A stretch of DNA of 64,000 nt, from contig OZ176054.1 in assembly GCA_964247055.1 (NCBI GenBank), forward strand, positions 10,292,001 through 10,356,000, in the 5' to 3' direction. The translations under genes were made by a program, and so were the position numbers. Of the stretch, positions 40,741 through 64,000 are shown piece after piece. Below the pieces are notes generated by a model. That model was not told the DNA's origin and did not search any database. It saw only the letters and a program-made list of their open reading frames with translations. Within the stretch, counting starts at the first letter, position 1, and the number at the start of each line of letters is the position of its first letter. This DNA comes from Paragordius varius (lineage: Eukaryota; Animalia; Nematomorpha).

Positions 40741-43700
40741 TATCGGTTGGATATTCTTGTGGAGGTTCACTCATACATCCAAAATTTGTTTTAACTGCAG
40801 CCCATTGTGTGACAAATGAGTAATAATTTATATAATTTTTGTTAAAAAAATTATAAACGAAAAACCCTCTTGATTTTTAGATTTGAAATTTGTGAATACA
40901 AAGTATACTCCTAAAATTACAGTAAATAAAGTTTAAAGAGAGATAGAGATTCAAAAATTGATATTTTCAAGCAGTCAAAATTATTAAAATCGATTTTCGA
41001 AAATGGATTAATATCTAAAACGATAGATACTATAGATTCAAAAAATTTTCCAATAGAAATATCCTTTGAGCCGGATATATTTCTCTAATTAAAAATGAAT
41101 ATCATATAATATATTATAATCAAGGCTACCATAGGGCCATTTTTCTTAAAACTAAAAAACACTATTTAAATTTAGGCTTTATTGGCCATTAATTATTATG
41201 GAAATATCTTTTAAAATAATCACAAATGATATAAGAGAAAATAATTATACTTACAACTGGTAAAACAATTTTTTTCCAGGTAATTTCTTTTTTTAAAAAT
41301 AGGTTAATTATTAATCGACTTAACCCATGTCTTAGTTTTAAAAAGTGTGAGGGACTAGCATAATAGCATTATCAAATATTCATAATTGTATAAATGAGGT
41401 TTTTTCCATGAAAAAGCTTTAAAAAAACAAATTTGGTGGTTTTGAACAAAAACGCATACATTAATAAGCATGGGTTAGCGGTGCGGTAAATTTATTGCAA
41501 TTTGGTTAATTTATAAATCTAAAATAAAACATTAAACAGGCATGATGGCATCCACCCAAAAAATATTTTTTTGAAAAGTACTGCCAATTTTAACAAGAAC
41601 AGATAAACAGATGAAAATTTCTCGATATTTTTTCATTGTTAACACTTGGATACAACAGATTCATTTTAGTCCTTCAATTCGAATTGGGGTAGTTAAATAC
41701 CCAATGCCTATTTAAAATTAAATTCTTGAAAAAATATGGAAGGAATCGAAACCATGACAAAATTTTGCACTTGTATAACATTAATTAACCAAAATATATA
41801 AAAAAAATTTATTCACAAATTGATATTACTTATTTTAGGCTAAAACCGAAAGGTAAAAATTTAGTCAACGTGACATGTGTGCAATGGTAAAATTGAAAAA
41901 TAATACAATAAACCGCTTGCCCTTAAAATTAAATGAAGACGATATTTTGCAAAAATTTTGTAAAATAAAAATGTCGAAGTAGTTTGACATGGAAATTTTT
42001 TTTAAAACAAAATTTTATTTAGATATTTTGTCATATTTATATAATTTTTATTGGCTAGAAGCATAAATTTATGGGACCGTTTTTTTCAGGAGCTTTTTAA
42101 AAATCCTAACTTAAATTTAGTCTATTTAGATATCCCAATTTGAATCGAAGTGTTAAAGATCAAAATAGTGTTAAAAATCAATTTAATTTACATATAATCT
42201 TGTAGTCTGGTCTTATAAAACGTTAATGTTTAAACATAATAGTTAGCCAGTTTATGCAGAGAAGAAATATAAAATTTATTACTTTAGCTATATAATTTTA
42301 TATATGACCATCAAAATATTCAAATAGGAAGGCAATTTCCCAAACCATTTTTGGCCCAAATAGAAGGATTAATTTAATAAATCTTTCACAAAATACACTC
42401 ACTTAATTTATCAATATTTTAGTACAGAAAACGATTTAACCATTTATGCCGGCCACACTAATCCGTTAGAGGGGGAATTATTTGAAGTTAAACGAATATA
42501 TCAGCATCCTGGTTTCAATTATAATTATACCTATGATCATATACCACTCAATGATATTGCCCTGATTGAACTCAAGCAAATTATCCCTGAAACTAACCTG
42601 ATAAACACAATCTGTTTACCTTATGAAGAGGATGTTGTTCAACACCAGCAAGATTGTTATGCCACAGGCTACGGATACAATACCTTTACAGATGGTTTAT
42701 TACTTTATATTAAATGTGTTTGAATGTATTGATGAAGCACTTAAGACGGAATTGAAATTAATTAATTTAGAGACGGTTTTAATATATCATTTATTCAAAT
42801 TCACCCTTGAACAAATCAAATTCACCTTAAAAATAAAATAGGTAGGTGTTTTTGGCTAAAATAACTCATTTATTGATAATGAAATATCCCTTTATGGCCT
42901 ATTTTATTATTATTTTCTGTGGTATATTAATTTTATAAAAAACTTCATTTTTTGAAAAATATCAAATGTAGACTTTTATTTATAATAACATTTTAGGGTG
43001 AAATTATATTTAAGGGTGAAATTAAAAATTCAAGGTTAAGTTTGAAGATTCAAGGATAATTAGAGGTGAAACATAAAGGTTATATTTTTGAACAGGTGTA
43101 ATTAGTATATAATTGAAATAATTTGTTAATAATTCATTTTCAGTAATTTATTGAGTACGCTTTGCTATTTTTAAATTTCTCGTTATTTTTGAAACGAGGG
43201 CATTTATACAAATAAAAAAAATAATTTTCTACTAATATATTTTTATCTATTGTTTCGTAGGGTTTGCATTATTATTCGACATAACCCAATATTAATATTA
43301 TACCTAGGACTTATGAATAGATCTGTTCTTCATGAAGTATGTATGCCTTATTAGGATAACTCATTATGCCAAAAGTTGTATGCAGAAAATAATGAAACCG
43401 CAGATGGAGTCGTGTGTGCCGGCTACCGAAATGGTCTTAAAAGCATTTGCTTTGTAAGTACAGTATGCATTTTAATGTATGTTCAGTAATTTTATTGCCA
43501 GTCGAATAAGATAAATGGTTTATCCAATGCGTAAAATACTGACCCACGAAATTATTTCGTAGTATACATATGAAAGAGGATTGACGTGAGAATTAACATA
43601 GGCTTTAATTTGATGGATATTTTGTAATGTTAAATTTTGAGAATATTATAGCAATTTATGTTAACATTTGTAATATTGTTGTTACGCATTTAGATGCGGA

Positions 43701-46700
43701 ATTTGTGGGTTTTTATCTTTGATAAATTAAAAATACGTATTTTAAAGTTTTTTATGTTAATTATTCCTAAATTTAATAATAAATATTTTTCAACATGCTA
43801 AATACCTGTATTAATCAATATTGGTATTATAATTTTATATAGTTGTTATTACTAATTAAAAAACACAGGTAAATATATATTTGTGAAAATTTAAGTAGAT
43901 TTTAGATTTTTGTCTTTTATGTATTGCATTGTTAATTATTAATAATTTTTAAGTATTCAGACATTTATTAGGTAAAAATTCGGTTGTTTTTTTTATGTAA
44001 CATTGTTAATTGTAATCAATTACTACATATTTTGGACATTTTAATAAATACAGGTAAAAATTGCGGTTTTTAACAAATTTAGTAAAAATTAGTTTTTTTT
44101 GTTTTTAAGGTTTTGCATTGTTAGTTGCAGTTAATTACTACAATTATTGGACATTATAAAAAATACAGGTAAAAATTGCGGTATTTAACAAATTTAGTTA
44201 TAATTTAGTTTTGATTTTGTTTTTTAGGTTTTGCATTGTTAATTGTAATTAATTACTACATATTTTGGACATTTTAATAATTACAGGTGAAAATGGCGGT
44301 TCTTAACAAATATCAAATTTAACACTTTTTGTATTTTGTATCATTGGTATTAATTACTAAATATTTTGGACATTTAAAAAACAGGGGAAAATTGCGGTTT
44401 TTATTAATTAGTAAAATTTTTAATTTTTTGTTCAACCTTGCTAATTTATTAATTACTATATATTTTTTATACATTGTTATATACAGGTAAATATTACTAT
44501 GATTTGCGGTTTTTCAAATTTTTAGGAAAATTATTTTTTTTGTTTTACATTGATTACTAATATACAAATATAGTTATATCTGAGCATACAGGTAAAAACG
44601 CATGTTACGGTTTTAGGTTTGACATTTTATTTTCCAAATCCAACGATGTATATTTTAACAAACGCCTTATGTCACCAAAGATTGAAAAAAATGATCAAGA
44701 TATATAAAACAGCTTTTAAAGTATCTGAATATCGCCAAATATAAATAAATTTATTTAAATTATAAATGTATAATTATACAAAATTCATAATATTACGTTT
44801 AAAATTAGCATTCTTCTTATTGATATTACAGGTAATTTGTTTCCAATATTGATATACGATGCGGTGTGCGTTCATGATGATCTTATCTTAGATTGAAGAA
44901 TATGAGATTCAAAAAATAATTAAATGCAGATTGAAAATTCAATCACCATCATTTTCTGGGTAGATTCTATCAACTAAAATATAAGATAGAAAGGTATTTA
45001 TTAATATATTAGAAAATTGACACCTGGATTCTAGAAGTATTTTCAACATAATTTTAACTATTGGGGGCTAAAACATTTAAAGTTTGAAAGGGATCTAAAT
45101 AAGGTTGACTTGGCTTTTTAACAACTAAATTTGCAAAAAATATTTTCTTCACGATAAAAAATTCAAAAATGATACTTTATGTTTTTGCGTTTTCGTTCTA
45201 CTTATCTAAACAATAAATATGAAAAGGCTTTAATGATTATACCAATGACGTCAAATAGAAAATAGAAACAAATATTTTTTTTCAAAAGCTTTGAATGCAA
45301 CAGCACTCCAAAAACTAAGCAGGCAACACTAACATTGTTCGCTTTGGTGAAGAATAGTTTTTCATATTTATAGTTTAGATAATAGAACGAAATTGCAAAA
45401 ACATAAAGTATCATTTTTGTTTATATCATGAAGAAAATATTTTTTGCAAATTTAGTTGTTAAAAAGCCAAGTCAACTTTATTTAGTTCCCTTTAAAACTT
45501 TGAATGTTTTAGCCCCCAATATTTAAAATTATGTTGAAAATACTTCTAGAATCCAGGTATCAATTTTCTATATTAATAAATACCTTTCTATCTTATATTT
45601 TAGTTGATAGAATCTACCCAGAAAATGATGGTGATTGAATTTTCAATCTGCATTTAATTATTTTTTGCATCTCATATTCTTCATCTAAGATAAGATCATC
45701 ATGAACGCACACCGCATCGTATATCAATATTAGAAACAAATTACCTGTATTAATATCAATAAGAAGAATGCTAATATTAAACATAATATTATTAAATAAA
45801 TTTATTTATATTTGGCGATATTCAGATACTTTAAAAGATGTTTTATATATCTTGATCATTTTTTCAATCTTTGGTGACATAAGGTGTTTGTTAAAATATA
45901 CATCGCAGGATTTGGAAAATAAAATGTCAAACCTAAAACCGTAACATGCGTTTTTACCTGATATATAACTATATTTGTATATTAGTTATCAATGTAAAGC
46001 AAAAAAATAATTTTCTTAAAAATTTAAAAAACCGCAAATCATAGTAATATTTTCCTGTATATATCAATGTATAAAAAATATATAGTTATTAATAAATTAG
46101 CAAGGTTGAACAAAAAATTAAAAATTTTACTAATTTATTAAAACCGTAATTTTCCCCTGTTTTTTAAATATCCAAAATATTTAGTAATTAATAACAATGA
46201 TACAAAATACAAAAAATGTTAAATATGAAATTTGTTAAGAACCGCCATTTTCACTTGTAATTAATAAAATGTCCAAAATATGTAGTAATTAATTACAATT
46301 AACAATGCAAAACCTAAAAAACAAAAAAAAAACTAAATTTTTACTAAATTTGTTAAATATCGCAATTTTTACCTGTATTTATTATAATGTCCAAAATATG
46401 TAGTAATTAATTACAACTAACAATGCAAAACCTAAAAAACAAAAAAAAACTAAATTTTTACTGAATTTGTTAAATACCGCAATTTTTACCTGTATTTATT
46501 ATGTCCTAAATATGTAGTAATTAATTACAACTAACGATGCAAAACCTAAAAAACAAAAAAAACTAAATTTTTATTGTTAAATACCGCAATTTTTACCTGT
46601 ATTTATTATAATGTCCAATATATGTAGTAATTAACTACAACTAACAATGCAAAACCTAAAAAACAAAAAAAACTAAATTTTTACTGAATTTGTTAAATAC

Positions 46701-48064
46701 CGCAATTTTTACCTGTATTTATTAAAATGTCCAAAATATGTAGTAATTAATTACAACTAACGATGCAAAACCTAAAAAACAAAAAAAACTAAATTTTTAT
46801 TGTTAAATACCGCAATTTTTACCTGTATTTATTATAATGTCCAATATATGTAGTAATTAACTACAACTAACAATGCAAAACCTAAAAAACAAAAAAAACT
46901 AATTTTTACTTAATTTGTTAAAAACCGCAATTTTTACCTGTATTTATTAAAATGTCCAAAATATGTAGTAATTGATTACAATTAACAATGTTACCTAAAA
47001 AAAACAACCGAATTTTTACCTGATAAATGTCTGAATACTTAAAAATTATTAATAATTAACAATGCAAAACACTAAAAACAAAAATCTAAAATCTACTTAA
47101 ATTTTCACAAATATATATTTACCTGTGTTTTTTTAATTAGTAATAACAACTATATAAAATTATAATACCAATATTGATTAATACAGGTATTTAGCATGTT
47201 GAAAAATATTTATTATTAAATTTAGGAATAATTAACATAAAAAATCTTAAAATACGTATTTTACTATTTATTAATTTATCAAAGATAAAAACCCACAAAA
47301 TTCCGCATCTAAATACGTAACAACAATATTACAAATGTTTACATAAATTGATATAATATTCTCAAAATTTAACATTACAAAATATCCATCAAAATAAAGC
47401 CCATGTTCTCACGTCAATCCTCTTTCATATGTGTACTACGAAATAATTTCGTGGGTCAGTATTTTACGCATTGGATAAACCATTTATGTTATTGGACTGG
47501 CAATAAAATTACTTGGAAACATATAACCCATTTCCTTTGGAGATTTTTTCCCCCAGAACGATTTTTAAATTTCAATAAAGTATTGAATAGGGTCAACTTT
47601 AAAAATATGCATTTATGTTTTTTTGATTTAAATTTTTTACGCTACTCTTTCTTTTTTAGGGAATTTTTGGGATTATATTAGAAGAGGTGAATGTTAAAAA
47701 TGTAAATAATCAACTTTTAAAGGATTTTAGAAACAGTGAAGCAGCAAATTTATTTATTTAATTTGTATAATCAGCTGTTTATTTTACGGATTTTAAACCA
47801 TCCCGATTTCGGACAAATATAAGTTTTTATTATCCAAAAACTAGTATATCGATTCATTTTATAATATTTGCTTTTTTTTCATGACATTCATAGGGGGATT
47901 CTGGTGGTCCTTTAGCTTGCAAAGTTAATAATACATGGAAAATATTTGGAATAGCTTCATATTTGATGGGCGAAACTGGTTTTAGTGTTGGGATTCCGCC
48001 TGTTTTTACTGATGTAAAAACCTATTTACCATGGATTCATTCGATAGTTTATGCAAAACAATAA
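40122..48064 (+). CDS. S1 family (trypsin/chymotrypsin fold) serine protease with intact His-Asp-Ser triad; one in-frame TAG (pseudogene allele, sequence error or 18-nt intron)
   Basis: Exons 40281-40387 (CG…W-IVQG…PGTWPWQV), 40740-40819 (CGGSLIHPKFVLTAAHC), 42423-42694 (NDIALIEL…ICLP…CYATGYG), 43308-43453 (LHEVCMPY*DNSLC…VCAGYRNGLKSICF), 47894-48064 (GDSGGPL…VFTDVKTYLPWI, TAA). The first exon is uncertain (40122-40140, or 40021-40080 spliced to 40253). Confidence 0.88.
41643..42152. mobile_element. TTAA-flanked non-autonomous element (piggyBac-like target site), 510 bp
   Basis: TTAA|CACTTGGATACA…TGAATCGAAGTG|TTAA (termini match at 10 of 12 positions). Related fragments at 36151-36535 and ~50150-50290. 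Confidence 0.6.
43478..47523. mobile_element. 4-kb foldback element: two long inverted arms with an internal ~110-118-bp tandem array
   Basis: Left arm ~43478-45228 and right arm ~45354-47523 are reverse complements around a ~125-bp spacer. Unit core ACAGGTAAAAATTGCGG / CCGCAATTTTTACCTGT; the right arm has four more units than the left. No coding capacity. Confidence 0.92.
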
Positions 48065-51018
48065 ATTATATTTACCCCATAACAATATTGCATGAATGAA
48101 ATATATATTTTATGTGACCCGCTAAAAATTCTAGGTTAAAATTGGTATATCAAAATAATCAATAATATAAATCGATTGAAATATTTGTCAAAATATCTTA
48201 CATCGAAAATTTTTGGAAATTTATTTTAATAAATGAATATGTATGTATAAATACCACGGCGCATAAGAATGGATTATTAATTTATACACCATTTAAATTG
48301 TTTTATCTTGGTTTAAATTAAAGAAATTAACTCAAAAAATATTTAGTTTTGGATAAATAAGCCTTATATCCTTTTATTAATTAAAAAGGTAAGAAAATTG
48401 TAATTGTTGGTAGTATAAACCTATATACCATTTATACCACGAATTCACCCTTGAATTCGAATTTACCTTCTAACATTCAAATTCACCCTAAAAATAAATA
48501 TGTATTTTCAGACTAATATATTACATCATTAATATAAATTAATTCTTTATAGAATGGTCCATTATTTTTTCAGTATTATATTAATAATAAAACAAATTTT
48601 ATTTTTCATTATGAAAAAATATAGGTAATTTTAATATTTGAAAATAGATAATATATTTTTTATTTTAGGGTGTTGAATTGTTCGAGGGGGAATTTAAGCT
48701 GTAAATTGTATATTATAAACTGCAATAACAATCGATAGATATGGCAATATATATCCTTTTTTAATAAGTGGTCAACTGATTACGTTTTTATTCGGTTAAA
48801 TTTTTTTTGTTGTTTATGAAAAATGGCGAATTCAGTCCACAGTATATATTGTTTTATTAGAACAGCTATATATGCCTTTTCAATGGTAAATTCAAATGAC
48901 AATACATAGATTTTAAAAGTCTTAAGTTTAGCTAAAATGATATTGTGTACCCAATTATATTGCGGAATAGTTATGAAAATAATAAATAAAAAACGCATAA
49001 GTTGTTAAATATACAAGAAATTTAGTTAAATCAAGCCGTATTTCTATTTCTAAAAACCGTCAGTCTTATATTATATATGATCATTGATAATTTTCAATTT
49101 TTCTAAGCAAAACTCTAAATTTTTACGAACACCATATGGGTCGTTTTTCTGCGAGTTTATCGCCAAAATTTTTGAATACATTTTTTACTAAATTTTGTGA
49201 TGGATACTATATTTAACCCATGGGCCATAATATTTCGGAGGGCTGCGTGTCGGAAACCCCTGATCTGGCTATCAAAATGGTTATCGAATAATTCCCTTTT
49301 GTTCAAGAAATTAGCCCTTCCAAATATTTAAGAGTTTTGGAGCCCTAATCTAAAAATTAAAACATAATAATTTTTCTTTCTTTGATTTAAATGGTTTCGA
49401 TGATGAATGAGAAATTATTACTTTTAGAGATTCACCTAATAGGTGCAAATTTTGCGATTTATTTATATTAATATACGATTTGTAGTAGGCAGACCATAAA
49501 TTAATATTAAAATGCGAATTCGGGTAACTAGCGACAAGCTGTAAAAATTAATAATAACATAAAACTACTGTAAAAGACAATTTTTACTTAAATTTAGGCT
49601 TCTCTGCCATAAAAATTATTACATAAGCCTTTGATATCTAGTTTTCTTAAAATGGTTGATATAAAGTACTTCGATGTCTTTTTTTTGTAAAATATCGTGT
49701 TTTTCATTCTAACGCTGAAACTAAACTTAATTTTTGCTCGTATCTTATCAACAAAAAAAAGTTTATTATCAAACCTTTAAGCTCTATTTTCTTAACAACC
49801 TTTTCGCAAAAAATTTAATTTTCGATTCTAAAGTTAAAATAAATCAAATGTTTTAGCACCGAATAATCAATTACACACTTCACCCAAAATATTATCCGGA
49901 TGATTATAAGAATAAAAATATAAAAATGGAATGATTCTCTAGATTAAATTGTACAGTTATCTTGCTATTTCTTGTGGTTCCTCCATATAATTTATATTAA
50001 GTCATTGAATCATTATTATAAATAAAATTTCATATTTAAAAAATATTTTATTTTTAAGAGGGATCGCCAACTACCCAATTCTAATCACAGAATATGTAAA
50101 CATGATTTTATTTAAATGATAAAAGCGCGTGCAACAGATTCATATCAGTCATCCGATTCGAATTGGGGTATTGGGACCCCAGGCCTGTTTAAAATTTGAT
50201 AAAATGTTATCCAGCTACTTCAACATCATTTTTATTTCATAACATTTTTGCAAAATATCGTGTTTTTTTGTTTCTAACGCTAAAAACTACATTTTTTTTA
50301 TAAAATCATATCTCTCATTGATATAAATTAAAAAAGTGGTTTATTTTGCAATATTAATATATTGCCGAACACAGTTCATCCAATTTTTTACCTTAAGTTT
50401 TATCCATAAATGATTAATTAACTTTTTTAAATTTTTCTGCTTCGGTACATTAATGTTATATGAGTGGAATGCAATGGTTCGATTTGTTTCATATTCATAT
50501 TTGATTTATACATTATTTTCTACCCCAATCACAAGAGGACTGAAATGAATGTGTTGGTGTTAATACAATGTTGTAAACATGAAATGTGTGAATTACTATT
50601 TCTGTTTATATCAATGGATATAATTTAAATAAAAATATAAATTAAACAAACGCCTTTGAAAAAAGGTTTTATAACGGGTGTAACTTTTTTTACTAAATTT
50701 TAATATATATTTTGGCTTATTTTTTTAAAATATAAATTTTATTTTAATCCAATTATTTATTAGTTTTTTAAACTAACAACTCAAATATAGTCTGGAATTC
50801 GATGCCTCGATTTGAATCAAAGTGCTAAATATATGGTGTGGTATTTATTAAATAATTTGATTTTCTTTATTCAGCATAGATATTCTTTTAAGAAACGCTA
50901 ATATATTACATTTTGGGTATTAGTCATCATAAAATAAAATATAACTTATTGGGTTTTTAAAAAATATTTTATTATAATCAGTGAAACTTAGTACAACTTA
51001 GGATTCATTCACTTCAAG

Positions 51019-63975
<12,957 letters not shown>

Positions 63976-64000
63976 GTATATATATATATATATATATTAT

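Noticed and set aside
44050-46990. Regularly spaced repeats superficially like a CRISPR array
   Set aside because: Whole ~115-bp units are repeated with no unique spacers, the context is a eukaryotic intron, and there are no cas genes.
47403-47681. 92-aa ORF (and 45202-45414, 37727-38101, 58001-58285, 62831-63226)
   Set aside because: They lie in foldback arms, MITEs or intronic/intergenic AT-rich DNA. Their F/I/K/L-biased composition is typical of random AT-rich frames.

Overview
This is very AT-rich eukaryotic genomic DNA, most likely from a divergent animal; no species can be assigned from the sequence alone. Genes are heavily interrupted, so the ORF track shows only exon fragments. Hand splicing (GT-AG, frame and homology checked) gives three recognisable genes: (1) dimethylglycine dehydrogenase DMGDH, minus strand, 25316-36068, 16 exons, about 1004 aa; (2) an S1 (trypsin-fold) serine protease, plus strand, about 40122-48064, with one in-frame TAG; (3) USP7/HAUSP, plus strand, 51019 to past the window end, 21 exons read. 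Two unrecognised plus-strand multi-exon models fill 1-25 kb. The first is built almost entirely from short symmetric phase-1 exons and ends in a glycine-zipper segment (about 16-7970). The second is a long N-glycosylation-rich gene with an FN3-like domain (about 9351-24836). Intron sizes are bimodal: many are 22-35 nt, others are kb-sized and filled with MITEs, (TA)n, a Gypsy integrase relic and a 4-kb foldback element. The most notable observations are five intronic tandem copies of the USP7 catalytic-Cys exon half that differ mostly at synonymous sites, the micro-exon glycine-zipper gene, sub-30-nt introns, and an 18-nt GT..AG segment versus stop codon ambiguity in the protease. I found no rRNA, tRNA or CRISPR. 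All gene models are manual predictions without transcript evidence.
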